Shown one piece after another: positions 35,001 through 45,523 of a DNA stretch of 52,021 nucleotides; positions within the stretch are counted from its first letter, which is position 1, and every line of letters starts with the position of its first letter. The stretch is from an uncultured Methylomarinum sp. (lineage in GTDB: Bacteria > Pseudomonadota > Gammaproteobacteria > Methylococcales > Methylomonadaceae). The notes beneath the pieces were generated by a model. That model was not told the origin of the DNA and searched no databases. It was given only the letters and a program-made list of their open reading frames with translations. The DNA lies in the NCBI GenBank assembly GCA_964472945.1, contig CAYYNM010000002.1:1-52021 (forward strand), in the 5' to 3' direction. A program made the position numbers and the translations under genes.

Positions 35001-36169
35001 TAAGTAACAAAGAAGCTTCCACATATAAGTTGTTTATAGCTCTTAATGTTATAGTGATCCTATTTGCGGTTACACTTTTACTCTCCTTATGGAAACCTGG
35101 ATCTGGAGTTGAAAGAGTTGGGAATGTTATATCACTTCTGCTGATATTGCTTTCATTTCTTTTTTATGGAAAATTTAAATTTACCCCTGTTAGAGGCTTT
35201 TTATTTTCAATCAGCATTGCTTTATATGTAGCTCGGCCAGGTATTTTTACAATTGGCGTGCCACTTGTACCATTACTAGGCTTATTTCTATCCACTAAAA
35301 AACATAATTTTGATTTATTCAAAAGAGTGTATATGAAGAGTGCAAAAAAAATATCTGTAGCCACTTTTCTCGTGGTTTATTTGATTCTTTATCTGTCAAA
35401 ACTTAAATTTGGAGGCGGTACCGCTAATTTAGTGTCTATTTTGGCGATATATATTATTGCATTAAATTTAATTTTTTTTCGTGAAGCATTTATTTCTACC
35501 GTTCTTGTTGCCGTAGTGTTTAGTGTTTTATTTACTCCCGGCCCAGTAAGTTATGGCGAATCTCCAACCTTTGGGGTTCCAAATACTCATCAAGGTAATA
35601 GATCGGCTGTTTTTTTATTGCTGTTTTTATTCAGTATAAAACATATAAAGTACTTGTATTCTGTCGTCATCAAAAAAAAATATTTTGTTTGGTTTTCTCT
35701 TGCACTAATCCCTTTCTTTATCTTAATGGTACTAATAATTAGTGATTTTATGCAAAGAGGTAAAATGGCTAATATTTATTCCGATCCGAGGTTTCAATGG
35801 TTTATGCCAATGATTAAATTGCTTGTAAATGAAGGTTTTATTTCATTTTTTGATAATGGATCGGAGATGTTGCGTACTTTAGGTGATGGAAGAAGAAACC
35901 CACATAACTCATTTTTCTATTTATTGTTAGAGCAATATTGGCTTGGGCTATTTAAAATATTAATATTCTTTTTCTCAGTATTCATAATACCTGTTTCAGC
36001 TTGGCTTGCCATAGCTGGTAGAGCATCATTTGATATCTTTTTTCTCCTCGGCCCGCAAGATATTATTTTAGTTGTATTATTTTCTGAGTTTTATAATTTC
36101 AGGTTTAAGAAGGGATATTATTTACCACTTTTAAGTAATAGGAAAAATGATGAAAAAATTAATACATAA
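34994..36169 (+). CDS. O-antigen polymerase / ligase-family membrane protein (Wzy/WaaL-like)
   Basis: 391 aa with ~10 hydrophobic helices. A loop followed by 'RRNPHNSFFYLLLEQYWLG' resembles the HN..L...E.G motif of the Wzy_C/O-antigen ligase domain. Confidence 0.6.
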   Translation: MVLSNKEASTYKLFIALNVIVILFAVTLLLSLWKPGSGVERVGNVISLLLILLSFLFYGKFKFTPVRGFLFSISIALYVARPGIFTIGVPLVPLLGLFLSTKKHNFDLFKRVYMKSAKKISVATFLVVYLILYLSKLKFGGGTANLVSILAIYIIALNLIFFREAFISTVLVAVVFSVLFTPGPVSYGESPTFGVPNTHQGNRSAVFLLLFLFSIKHIKYLYSVVIKKKYFVWFSLALIPFFILMVLIISDFMQRGKMANIYSDPRFQWFMPMIKLLVNEGFISFFDNGSEMLRTLGDGRRNPHNSFFYLLLEQYWLGLFKILIFFFSVFIIPVSAWLAIAGRASFDIFFLLGPQDIILVVLFSEFYNFRFKKGYYLPLLSNRKNDEKINT

Positions 36170-36872
36170 AATAAAATTAATAATCAACTCAATTGGTATG
36201 CTCTATCCTCGAATCCTTTGTAAGCTTGAATATGATCATCAGAAATTTTCACAACTAAATGAGCGTCCAGTTGAGTTTAGTTTTGTGTTTAGACAAATTA
36301 CTAAAATTTGGCCTAAAACAGTTTTAGATGTTGGAACAGGGAAAACAGCATTGCCATATATGATGCGTAATTGTGGCTTACTCGTAACTGCAGTTGATAA
36401 TATTAAGGATTACTGGGAATATGGTATGGTCAATCGACATTATCATGTCTTAAATGATGATATTAAGAATACAAAGTTAAATAAAAAATTTGATGTGATT
36501 ACTTGTATTAGCGTTTTAGAGCATATTGATGATCATAGGGCGGCTATGAGTTCGATGTCTAATTTATTAAACCCTGGAGGGCATCTTATATTAACTTGCC
36601 CATATACTGATAATGAGTATATTCCTAATGTTTATGATATTAAAGAGTCCAACGTTAAACAAAAAATTTCGTTTGTTACTCAATCATTTTCTTCTAATGA
36701 AAGGGATAACTGGTTACAAGATAGTAAGTTAGATTTGGTGTGCGATGAATATTGGCAGTTCTTCGAGGGTCGATTTTGGACTTGTGGAGAAATGCTTAGT
36801 AAGCCCAAGCTTGTTAATAAAAATGATAAACATCAAATTTGTTGCATGATGTTTAAGAAGAAAGATGATTAA
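36147..36872 (+). CDS. Class I SAM-dependent methyltransferase
   Basis: 241 aa. Motifs are 'VLDVGTGKTALPYMM' (motif I), 'FDVITCISVLEHIDDH' and 'LNPGGHLILT'. Confidence 0.75.
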   Translation: MMKKLIHKIKLIINSIGMLYPRILCKLEYDHQKFSQLNERPVEFSFVFRQITKIWPKTVLDVGTGKTALPYMMRNCGLLVTAVDNIKDYWEYGMVNRHYHVLNDDIKNTKLNKKFDVITCISVLEHIDDHRAAMSSMSNLLNPGGHLILTCPYTDNEYIPNVYDIKESNVKQKISFVTQSFSSNERDNWLQDSKLDLVCDEYWQFFEGRFWTCGEMLSKPKLVNKNDKHQICCMMFKKKDD

Positions 36873-36881
36873 TTCAGAATC

Positions 36882-38081
36882 ATGAAAATTGTACTTATTT
36901 CACAGTTTTTCTCTGAAGGTATGGGGTACACAGAGAATATACTTCCAAAATATTTATCAAAGTTAGGTCATGAAGTAATCGTTATCTCTTCAGATCTACA
37001 GGTTTATGGGAATAGCCCAAGCTATACTGATAATTATGCTAGCTTTTTAGGTGACGCGAAGTGTTCTATTGGAGAAAGCCAACAAGATGGCTTTGTATTG
37101 CATCGACTGGAGAGTTATTCAATTGCAGGATATGTAGGTTTAAAAAAATTAAGCTCTCAAATTAAGCGATTACAGCCAGACATTATTCAATTTATTCAGG
37201 TTGCCGGAATAAATAACTTTTCTACTTTACTAAGCCCATTTAAATTGCACTCTGCAGTTTTTACCGAATGTCATCAACACGCTTCGATATCAAAAAACAT
37301 GACTGGCCGGATGAGTGTATCCGTATATGTTAACAAGCTTTGGTACAGAATTAGCAGAACGTTCCCATCCTTCATGTCACATAGAAGGGTTGAGAAATGC
37401 TTTGCAATTACACCCGACTGTGAAGTTGTGGCTAATGAGTTGTATGGTGTTCCTGTTAGGAAAATAGTGCCATTGTCATTAGGTACTGATACGCAATTAT
37501 TTCATGTTTGCACATCCCAAGAAGAAAAAAAACAAAGGAATGAGTTAAGAGTTGAATTAGGTGTAGAAAGTAATCAAATATTGGTTGTCTACACAGGAAG
37601 ATTTAGTGCAAATAAAAATCCATTAATTTTGGCGAAGGCAATTGAAAGTTTGTACATAAAAGATAAAAAATTCACAGCCGTCTTTATTGGATTTGGTGAG
37701 CAAGAGGTTGCAATAAAGGCTTGTAAAGGTTGTCAAGTTATTAATTTTCAGCCACATAATAAATTGGCAGAGTTATATCGATCGGCAGATATTGCTGTGT
37801 GGCCTAGAGAAGAATCGATGTCTATGTTAGATGCAGCAGCATCAGGATTACCACTAATTGTGAGTAATAAAATGGGTGAGTTAGATCGAGTTTCAGGTAA
37901 TGGCTTCACCTATGATGAAGGGAATGTCGATTCACTTGTTGAATCTTTATCTCAATTAGAGGATAAGTCTAAAAGAGACGAAATGTCTAAAATTGGTGTT
38001 GATAAGATGGTTAAATCTTATAGTTGGCTTGCTCATGCTAAAACTAGAATAGAGCACTATCAGGTTGCTGTATCTAAATAA
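36882..38081 (+). CDS. GT-B glycosyltransferase, family 4-like
   Basis: 399 aa. It has the 'MKIVLISQFF' N-terminus, 'VVYTGRFSANKN', and the EX7E-region equivalent 'PREESMSMLDAAASGLPLIVSN'. Confidence 0.8.
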   Translation: MKIVLISQFFSEGMGYTENILPKYLSKLGHEVIVISSDLQVYGNSPSYTDNYASFLGDAKCSIGESQQDGFVLHRLESYSIAGYVGLKKLSSQIKRLQPDIIQFIQVAGINNFSTLLSPFKLHSAVFTECHQHASISKNMTGRMSVSVYVNKLWYRISRTFPSFMSHRRVEKCFAITPDCEVVANELYGVPVRKIVPLSLGTDTQLFHVCTSQEEKKQRNELRVELGVESNQILVVYTGRFSANKNPLILAKAIESLYIKDKKFTAVFIGFGEQEVAIKACKGCQVINFQPHNKLAELYRSADIAVWPREESMSMLDAAASGLPLIVSNKMGELDRVSGNGFTYDEGNVDSLVESLSQLEDKSKRDEMSKIGVDKMVKSYSWLAHAKTRIEHYQVAVSK

Positions 38082-38338
38082 TGTTTAAATTTTTCTGATT
38101 CAAAATATAAAATCTTTTTTAATCTAAATGGAAAAGATGTCTAAATCATATTTTAGAGATGGCTTATTGGGTTGAGAAACAGAGCTTACGCTTGATAGTG
38201 CTATATCTTATGTTGATGGACATGGATGAAAATACTTTTAGGTAGATAGCAATAGATACAAGAGGGGAGTTGAATGATAAATGATAGATTTAATAACTTA
38301 ATGGACCTGGTTGTGAAAATCGTAGTTAAGGTTTTAGT

Positions 38339-38959
38339 ATGATTAAAAAAATAGCTCTAATAATTTTAAAAAATATTTCATATTTAAGAATTTTTAAAAA
38401 ACATCATGAGAAATTAAATCTTTGTTCTGGTAATCAAGTTATCGAAGGGTATACCAGTTTAGACTACAATTTTTCTGCTGACCTAACTGTTAATTTAAAT
38501 AGAGGGAGGTTGCCATTTAAATCAAACTCTATGTCTGTGGTTGTTTGCACCTCAGCTATTAATTACTTTACTCGCTCAAGAGGCCAAGAGATAATTGATG
38601 AAGTGTATCGTATCTTAAAAACAGGAGGCGTTACTCGATTTTCATCACAAGATTTAGAATTGATTGCTAATAAATATGTGAATAAAGATACTGAGTTTTT
38701 CTTTCAAAAGCTTTCAAATGGAAATGAAAGGTTTGAAGGGAAAACAATGGGAGATAAGTTTAACTCATGGTTTTATGGTTACAAGGCGCATGCTGGTGGC
38801 TGCAAATATTTCTATGATTTTGAGACTCTTTCTGATCTTTTTATCTGCGCAGGTTTTAAAACAGTTGAAAAAAAAGATTATCTCGATAGCAGGATAGATA
38901 ATATTAAAATGATTGATAATCGCAAAAATCAGATGTTTTTTTTAGAGGCTGTTAAATGA
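38339..38959 (+). CDS. SAM-dependent methyltransferase (Methyltransf_11-like, degenerate motif I)
   Basis: 206 aa. Motifs are 'LNLCSGNQVIEGYTSLD', 'SMSVVVCTSAINYF' and 'RILKTGGVTRF'. Confidence 0.6.
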   Translation: MIKKIALIILKNISYLRIFKKHHEKLNLCSGNQVIEGYTSLDYNFSADLTVNLNRGRLPFKSNSMSVVVCTSAINYFTRSRGQEIIDEVYRILKTGGVTRFSSQDLELIANKYVNKDTEFFFQKLSNGNERFEGKTMGDKFNSWFYGYKAHAGGCKYFYDFETLSDLFICAGFKTVEKKDYLDSRIDNIKMIDNRKNQMFFLEAVK

Positions 38960-40194
38960 GAGTTATAAGGTTTTTTGAAAAAATCCCCTTCGCATATCAA
39001 GTTAAAAGTATATTATTATTTATATCGAGGTTTGGAATTGGTAAGCAGCAGTTAGGTATTTTGTATAAATACATTTCTCCTTCCTTGTTTTCAGAGAATA
39101 AAGATAAAATTCATCTAGATGCAGCAATGACTTGGTTAAAGCATGCTCAAGATATTGATCCAATAGATAGAGGTGTGTCATGTGTGTTTTATTTGCAAAA
39201 AGGTTGGGGTGTCTCATATCCTGAAACGAGCGGTTATATTTTAGCAACTTATCTTGCTTATGCTGAATTTAGCAATGATCCACAATATATAGAACGTGCA
39301 ATAGAAATTGCTGATTGGGAAATAAAAATTCAAGCTCCAAGTGGAGGGGTTTATTCAAATCCAACACCAGGAAATATTGCAGCTTTTAATACTGGCCAAG
39401 TAATATTAGGTTGGTGCTCGATCTATGAGCATACAGGCGAGCAAAAATATCTTGATGCAGCAGTGCGTGCTGGAAATTATTTGAAATTAACACAGGACTT
39501 AGATGGTAACTGGGTAAATGGTAGTTATAGTGGAGCAAGAACTTATGAAGCGAGGGTCGATTGGGCATTACTAAAACTAGCCAAATTAACTGGCGATGAT
39601 GCTTATCGAGATGTAGCAGTGAAAAACTTGAAATGGGTTTTATTACAGCAAAAAGAAAATGGTTGGTTCATGAACTGTGGGTTTAACGATTCTCAACCAA
39701 TTATGCATGTTATTATTTATACCTTACGTGGATTATTAGAATGCGAACTAATTGAAGATGATATTGTTAAAGATATGAGATTAATGGAGGTTGTGAAAAA
39801 AACAGTTAACCAACTATGTGAAGCAGCTAATCAGCAGTTTGTTCATGGCATAGAGGGAATGATGCCAAGTGCATTTAATGAAAAATGGGAAGGTGTAATG
39901 ACTGATTCATGCCTAACTGGCAATGCTCAATTTGTTATTTTACTTTATAGACTTTCACATGTTGTAAAAGACAATACGCTATACCTAAAAACTGCTGACT
40001 TGATTCTTTCTTCGCTTAAAAAAACTCAACATATTGATACTGATCTACAGAATATAAGAGGTGCATTACCAGGAACTTTTCCTATTTATCGCGGCTATCT
40101 TCATGACGCGTATCCAAACTGGGGTACTAAATTCTTTGCCGACGCATTATTAATGAAGATTGGGTATGAGCATCGACTTGTTATTAATGCTTGA
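38956..40194 (+). CDS. Hypothetical protein with a repeated alpha/alpha-hairpin (six-hairpin toroid-like) pattern
   Basis: 412 aa with an ATGA overlap to the methyltransferase. It has recurrent aromatic/Gly-rich hairpin repeats: 'ETSGYILATYLAYAEF', 'TGQVILGWCSIYEHTGEQKYLDAAVRAGNYL', 'DGNWVNGSY', 'ENGWFMNCGF' and 'GNAQFVILLYRLS'. The fold guess is by eye only. Confidence 0.35.
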   Translation: MRVIRFFEKIPFAYQVKSILLFISRFGIGKQQLGILYKYISPSLFSENKDKIHLDAAMTWLKHAQDIDPIDRGVSCVFYLQKGWGVSYPETSGYILATYLAYAEFSNDPQYIERAIEIADWEIKIQAPSGGVYSNPTPGNIAAFNTGQVILGWCSIYEHTGEQKYLDAAVRAGNYLKLTQDLDGNWVNGSYSGARTYEARVDWALLKLAKLTGDDAYRDVAVKNLKWVLLQQKENGWFMNCGFNDSQPIMHVIIYTLRGLLECELIEDDIVKDMRLMEVVKKTVNQLCEAANQQFVHGIEGMMPSAFNEKWEGVMTDSCLTGNAQFVILLYRLSHVVKDNTLYLKTADLILSSLKKTQHIDTDLQNIRGALPGTFPIYRGYLHDAYPNWGTKFFADALLMKIGYEHRLVINA

Positions 40195-40274
40195 TTTTAA
40201 TGGCCAACATAATAATAGTACGAACTTGGTTTTTGACCATTTAATTGCATGGAATGTAACCTGTAGTAATAAAT

Positions 40275-41426
40275 ATGGATAAATCAAAGTACCGAATTTT
40301 AGCTGTTGGCGTAACATCGAATGAAATAGTAACAGGTTTATCTGTGGCCTTTGATGCTTTTATAGAAGGGTTAGATGAACGTTCAATCGAATATACATTA
40401 GTTGATGCTGGTGTTGGCGCATCAGTTAATAATGCAGGTGTTTTTTCCACTAATCGAATGTTAGGTGTATTTTTAGTTCTTTTTAGAATTTTTAAAGGCT
40501 TAGTTAAAACGGATATTGTTTATGTCACAATGGGTGCATCACGTTTAGGTTTTATTCGCGATTTATTTATTATTTTGATGACAGCCCTATTTAAACGCAG
40601 ACTTGTTTTTCATTTACATGGTGGCGGATATGGCGACTTCTATCAAAGATGTCCTTCGTTATTAAAGTTCATTATTCGGCATACTCTTAATTCTGTCGAC
40701 AAAATAATAGTATTAGGGGATTTACTTCGAAATCAATTTAATTTTCTTTCTGAAAATAATAGACAGAAGATTGTCGTAGTAGCAAATGGTTTACCTATTA
40801 AAGATACTCCAGCACAGGAATTTAAAACTATTTCGGCTGATAAGCCATTAAAATTTTTATACTTATCAAACATGATTCCTTCAAAAGGTTATTTGCAAGT
40901 TTTAGAAGTATGTAAAATATTAAAAATAAATAAAGTTAATTTTGTTTGTGATTTTGCAGGTGAGTTCATGAGTACTGGCTCTGTCAATGACAGCGTAAAT
41001 CCAGATTTAGCGAGAAATCATTTTTTCGATCTCATATCTAAATATGATTTGCGAGATGAAGTTAAATATCATGGAGTAGTTCGAGGTAATGAAAAACAAA
41101 AGCTTTTCAGTGAAACGAATATCTTTCTTCTACCAACTAATTATAGTGGCGAGGGGCAACCGATTAGTATAATTGAAGCTCTCAGTTATAGTGTTCCAGT
41201 CATTGCGACACGTTTTCGTGGTATACCAGAACAGATAGAAGATGGAGAAAATGGTATATTGATAGACTCGGCAAGTCCTTCAGACATAATTGCAGCGATT
41301 GAAAAGATGACGAAAACTAGCCGTGTTTATGAAAAAATGAGCGCCCACGCATACCATGTTTTTAAAGAAAAGTTTACAAGAGAACAATACCTTAATAGGT
41401 TGGTTTCTACAGTTTTAAGTACATAA
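40275..41426 (+). CDS. GT-B glycosyltransferase, family 4-like
   Basis: 383 aa. Motifs are 'FLYLSNMIPSKG' and 'PTNYSGEGQPISIIEALSYSVPVIATRFRGIPEQIEDGENGILI' (EX7E region). Confidence 0.8.
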   Translation: MDKSKYRILAVGVTSNEIVTGLSVAFDAFIEGLDERSIEYTLVDAGVGASVNNAGVFSTNRMLGVFLVLFRIFKGLVKTDIVYVTMGASRLGFIRDLFIILMTALFKRRLVFHLHGGGYGDFYQRCPSLLKFIIRHTLNSVDKIIVLGDLLRNQFNFLSENNRQKIVVVANGLPIKDTPAQEFKTISADKPLKFLYLSNMIPSKGYLQVLEVCKILKINKVNFVCDFAGEFMSTGSVNDSVNPDLARNHFFDLISKYDLRDEVKYHGVVRGNEKQKLFSETNIFLLPTNYSGEGQPISIIEALSYSVPVIATRFRGIPEQIEDGENGILIDSASPSDIIAAIEKMTKTSRVYEKMSAHAYHVFKEKFTREQYLNRLVSTVLST

Positions 41427-41447
41427 AATAACATTAGGTTATATTTA

Positions 41448-42167
41448 ATGAAAGCAAAAATTATCCATTATCTCAGGAAAATCAGGAGAATCTTTAGAAT
41501 TATTATTGGTAAGGAATATTTTACATTAACGGACTGTAAGCTGGGCCATGAAAATTTTGGTTCAGAGTTTGGGGGGTGGGATATTTTTATAGATGATATT
41601 AACAAGGATTCTGTCGTGCTCAGTTTTGGGCTCGGAGAAGATATCACTTTTGATACTGAATTGATTGAAAGATTTAACCTTAAAGTTCATGGTTTTGATC
41701 CTACGCCAAAATCAATAGATTGGATTGAATCCCAAACTTTATCAAATAATTTTGTATTGCATAAAACGGGTTTAGCGGACTTTAATGGAACAATAGATTT
41801 TAATCCACCAGATGATCCTAATCATGTTTCGCATACGATTTTAGAACGCTCATCGACAAATTCATCTTCTATTAAAGCGCCCGTTAAAAACATCAACACA
41901 ATTGTTTCTGAGTTAGAATTAGATGAAATTGATATCATCAAAATGGACATTGAAGGTGCAGAATATTCAGTGATTACTGATTTTGTCTCTACAAATGTAC
42001 GACCCAAACAATTGTTGATTGAATTTCATCACCGATTTCCAGGTGTTGGTGTAAGTAAAACAGCAAATGCGATTAATGAGATAAGAGCAATGGGATACCG
42101 TTTATTTTGTATTTCACCTCGTGGTGAAGAATATTCATTTATTTATGATCCTTCTAATAATTATTGA
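41448..42167 (+). CDS. FkbM-family methyltransferase
   Basis: 239 aa. Motifs are 'VLSFGLGEDITFD', 'VHGFDPTP' and 'IDIIKMDIEGAEYSVI'. Confidence 0.75.
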   Translation: MKAKIIHYLRKIRRIFRIIIGKEYFTLTDCKLGHENFGSEFGGWDIFIDDINKDSVVLSFGLGEDITFDTELIERFNLKVHGFDPTPKSIDWIESQTLSNNFVLHKTGLADFNGTIDFNPPDDPNHVSHTILERSSTNSSSIKAPVKNINTIVSELELDEIDIIKMDIEGAEYSVITDFVSTNVRPKQLLIEFHHRFPGVGVSKTANAINEIRAMGYRLFCISPRGEEYSFIYDPSNNY

Positions 42168-42232
42168 AAATAATTTCATGCAAAAATACCGATTGAAACA
42201 CTCTAATAGGGATAGGGGTTAAAAGATATAAT

Positions 42233-42973
42233 ATGACAGTCATAAATGTAGATAGCGACCTCAAGAAAACTTACGATGAATATTATCAAAGTGGAACTGA
42301 AAGTGAATGGAGGAGGCTAGGAGCAGTTGATAAGGCAATTAATATAATTTCAGCCTGTAGTGATATACCTCATGCTACGGTTTTAGAAATTGGCGCGGGT
42401 GAAGGCGCTCTTCTCCAAGAACTTTCAAATCATAATTTCGGGAATGAACTAAGTGCGCTAGAAATATCAGAGTCTGGAGCAGAGTCGATTTCTCAAAGAA
42501 ACTTAAAAAATATAAAAGAAGTGAAGTTGTATGATGGTTATGTTGTCCCCTTTGAAGATAATGAATTTGATGTTGTTATTTTAAGCCATGTTGTCGAACA
42601 CTTGGAACATCCTCGTATTTTAATCCGTGAGGCTGCGCGCGTGTCAAAACATCTGTTTATCGAAGTCCCACTAGAAGATGTTTTGTCTGCACCAAAGGAT
42701 TTCAAAATGACCCGTACTGGACATATTAACTTTTATTCATATAAAAACATTAGAAAGTTGGCGCAATCAGTTGATCTTGATTGCTTGAATCAAAAATTAA
42801 GCAACCCATCTTTTGCAGTTCATAAGTACCTATATAAAAATAAAATTAAAGCAGTTGTTAAATATTCAATTAGAAAACTAATGTTGATCCTTTTCCCGAA
42901 AATGGCCTCATATATTTTTGTTTATCACTGCCATCTATTATTAAAATCAAAATTGGTTGATCAAAATCCTTAA
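42233..42973 (+). CDS. Class I SAM-dependent methyltransferase
   Basis: 246 aa. Motifs are 'VLEIGAGEGALLQEL' and 'FDVVILSHVVEHLEHP'. Confidence 0.75.
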   Translation: MTVINVDSDLKKTYDEYYQSGTESEWRRLGAVDKAINIISACSDIPHATVLEIGAGEGALLQELSNHNFGNELSALEISESGAESISQRNLKNIKEVKLYDGYVVPFEDNEFDVVILSHVVEHLEHPRILIREAARVSKHLFIEVPLEDVLSAPKDFKMTRTGHINFYSYKNIRKLAQSVDLDCLNQKLSNPSFAVHKYLYKNKIKAVVKYSIRKLMLILFPKMASYIFVYHCHLLLKSKLVDQNP

Positions 42974-43038
42974 CGCCAAACGAAATAAATGATATTTTAA
43001 TTCGTTGGTTCTCATGATGTATCTTGGGTGGAAATAAG

Positions 43039-44169
43039 TTGAAGAAAATTCTTGCGGTGTTTGGAACTCGTCCTGAGGCAATCAAGATGGCTCCAGTTAT
43101 AAAATCACTATCAAAAAAAATGAAGGTTCGAGTTTGTGTGACGGCTCAACATAGAGAAATGTTAGATCAGGTCTTAAATGTATTTGAAATTAAGCCAGAT
43201 TATGATCTCGATATAATGAAACCAGGGCAAGATCTATTTGATGTTACTACAAACGTTTTGCAAGGTATAAAAGAAGTACTATCGACAGAAACGCCTGATA
43301 TCGTACTTGTACATGGTGATACCACAACGGCAATGGCCACTAGCTTAGCTGCATTTTATAAACAAATCCCCATTGGACATGTTGAAGCAGGATTGCGTAC
43401 ATATAACCCAGCTTCTCCTTTTCCGGAAGAGATTAATCGTCAGATTGTAGGACGTTTAACAAAATTACATTTTGTACCAACAGAAAAGGCACGTCAAAAT
43501 CTATTAAATGAAGGTATTGAAGACTCAGACATTACAGTCACAGGTAACACCGTGGTAGATGCCTTGCTAAGCATACTCGAAAAAGCAAGAACGAACAGTT
43601 TTCCAAATAAATTAGTAAAGCAGTTACCCTTTTTAGATAATATTGATACAAGCAAAACGCGCATCATATTGGTAACAGGCCATCGACGTGAAAATTTTGG
43701 AAGTGGTTTTGAAAATATTTGTAAAGCATTAAGTGAAATTGCAGTCATGCATCCAAATATCCACATCATATATCCTGTACATTTAAATCCTAATGTACTT
43801 GAGCCAGTAGAACGCCTCCTATCTCCTATAGGTAATATTCACTTGATTAAACCAATGGATTATTTGTCCTTTGTAAAATTAATGGACACTTCATATTTAA
43901 TTCTTACAGATAGTGGAGGAATACAGGAAGAAGCTCCTAGTTTAGGTAAACCTGTTTTAGTCATGCGAGAAACAACTGAACGTCCAGAAGCTGTGAATGC
44001 TGGTACTGTAAAGTTAATAGGTACAAATTGTTCGAGGATTGTTGATATGACAAATGAACTTCTGACGAATGATAATGCTTATAAAAAAATGGCAAAAGCG
44101 ATTAATCCATATGGTGACGGAACAGCTAGCGAACAAATATGTAAAGTTTTAGAAGGAGCATTATTGTGA
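43039..44169 (+). CDS. wecB: UDP-N-acetylglucosamine 2-epimerase, non-hydrolysing (WecB/MnaA type)
   Basis: TTG 43039 gives '[20 protein letters not shown]'; the track ORF starts at TTG 43024. '[15 protein letters not shown]', '[11 protein letters not shown]', 'VLVHGDTTT' and 'GHVEAGLRT' are nearly collinear with E. coli WecB as I remember it. Confidence 0.9.
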   Translation: MKKILAVFGTRPEAIKMAPVIKSLSKKMKVRVCVTAQHREMLDQVLNVFEIKPDYDLDIMKPGQDLFDVTTNVLQGIKEVLSTETPDIVLVHGDTTTAMATSLAAFYKQIPIGHVEAGLRTYNPASPFPEEINRQIVGRLTKLHFVPTEKARQNLLNEGIEDSDITVTGNTVVDALLSILEKARTNSFPNKLVKQLPFLDNIDTSKTRIILVTGHRRENFGSGFENICKALSEIAVMHPNIHIIYPVHLNPNVLEPVERLLSPIGNIHLIKPMDYLSFVKLMDTSYLILTDSGGIQEEAPSLGKPVLVMRETTERPEAVNAGTVKLIGTNCSRIVDMTNELLTNDNAYKKMAKAINPYGDGTASEQICKVLEGALL

Positions 44170-45416
44170 TTGTTTCAATATTTGGGTTGGGGTACATAGG
44201 CCTCCCAACTGCTGCAGTTTTAGCCTCAAAGGGCATTGATATTGTTGGTGTCGATGTTCAACAAGAAGTTGTTGATATTATTAATCAAGGTAAAATTCAT
44301 ATCGTTGAACCTGGATTAGAATCACTTGTGCATAGTTCAGTACGCGCAGGAAAATTTCGTGCGACAGTTAATGCAGAAAAAGCTGATGCATTTTTAGTTG
44401 CAGTTCCTACGCCATTCATTGATGATCATAAGCCAGATCTAACTTATGTTCATTCATCAATTAGAGCCATCGCCAAAGTTTTAGAGAAGGGTAATTTGAT
44501 CGTGTTGGAATCAACGTCTCCAGTTGGTACTACAGAAAAAATGATGGATTGGTTACGCGATGAAAGACCTGACTTGTCTTTTCCTGTTTTTGGCTCAGAT
44601 GAGGAAGCTGATGTTGCGATTGCTTATTGTCCTGAACGTGTCTTACCTGGATGTGTGGTTCGAGAGTTAATAGATAATGATCGCATCATAGGAGGTGTCA
44701 CTCCAAAGTGTGCTGAACTTGCTCAGAAATTGTATAAAATATTTGTTGAAGCAGAGTGTTTTATTACTGACTGTCGTACTGCTGAACTGAGTAAGTTAGT
44801 AGAGAACTCATTTCGTGACGTAAATATTGCCTTTGCTAATGAGCTTTCACTGATATGCGATAAATTAGGTATTAACGTATGGGAAATGATTAAGCTTGCT
44901 AATCATCATCCTCGAGTTAACATATTACAGCCTGGGCCTGGTGTCGGGGGACATTGTATTGCTGTTGATCCGTGGTTTATTGTGGATTCTGCACCTAATG
45001 AAGCAAAGTTAATTCGCACCGCTAGAGTTGTGAATGATAGTAAGCCAGGTTTTGTGTTAAATAAGATTAAGGCCTCAGCTAACATGGTTGGGCGTGAAAT
45101 TTCAGAAGTGACTATTGCGTGTTTAGGTTTAACATTCAAGCCTGATATTGATGATTTACGCGAAAGTCCTGCATTAGGCATTGCCCGTAAGGTCGCTACA
45201 ATGAATTTCAACCAAACATTGATTGTAGAACCAAATATTACAAAGTTACCTGATGGTTTCAATAGTGAACTTGTAAAATTAACGTCGTTAGAAAAAGCAA
45301 TAAAATCTGCTGATGTGATCGTTCTTTTGGTGGACCATTCTGAATTTAAATTGATGGATTTGGGATTACTCTCTGGTAAGCAGGTCATTGATACAAGAGG
45401 AAGTTGGTCTCATTAG
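44166..45416 (+). CDS. wecC: UDP-N-acetyl-D-mannosamine (UDP-HexNAc) 6-dehydrogenase, WecC/MnaB family
   Basis: 416 aa with a GTG start overlapping the wecB stop. Motifs are '[12 protein letters not shown]', 'ESTSPVGTT', 'YCPERVLPG', 'GPGVGGHCI' (catalytic Cys) and '[15 protein letters not shown]'. Confidence 0.9.
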   Translation: MIVSIFGLGYIGLPTAAVLASKGIDIVGVDVQQEVVDIINQGKIHIVEPGLESLVHSSVRAGKFRATVNAEKADAFLVAVPTPFIDDHKPDLTYVHSSIRAIAKVLEKGNLIVLESTSPVGTTEKMMDWLRDERPDLSFPVFGSDEEADVAIAYCPERVLPGCVVRELIDNDRIIGGVTPKCAELAQKLYKIFVEAECFITDCRTAELSKLVENSFRDVNIAFANELSLICDKLGINVWEMIKLANHHPRVNILQPGPGVGGHCIAVDPWFIVDSAPNEAKLIRTARVVNDSKPGFVLNKIKASANMVGREISEVTIACLGLTFKPDIDDLRESPALGIARKVATMNFNQTLIVEPNITKLPDGFNSELVKLTSLEKAIKSADVIVLLVDHSEFKLMDLGLLSGKQVIDTRGSWSH

Positions 45417-45523
45417 AAGTAATACTGTATGAACTTTCTATATTTCGATTTTATTTTCTAAGACATAATCAAAGAGTTGAATTTGATAGTTGTTAATAGT
45501 TATATAAGCCTTACAATTTTCCC

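Noticed and set aside
43039-44169. WecB-family gene considered as the missing hydrolysing 2-epimerase (LegG/NeuC) of the nonulosonic pathway
   Set aside because: The sequence is almost collinear with classical non-hydrolysing WecB, and the gene is translationally coupled to a WecC-type dehydrogenase. That is the standard UDP-ManNAcA pair. A WbpI/WbpA-type role for a 2,3-diamino uronic acid is possible but not supported by what I can see.
44906-45388. 160-aa minus-strand ORF, the longest antisense ORF in the track
   Set aside because: It lies entirely inside the strongly motif-supported wecC-like CDS on the + strand. Its sequence is low-complexity with no recognisable motif, so it is most likely an antisense frame open by chance. 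The same reasoning applies to the other minus-strand ORFs, for example 21362-21667, 47823-48140 and 51237-51557.
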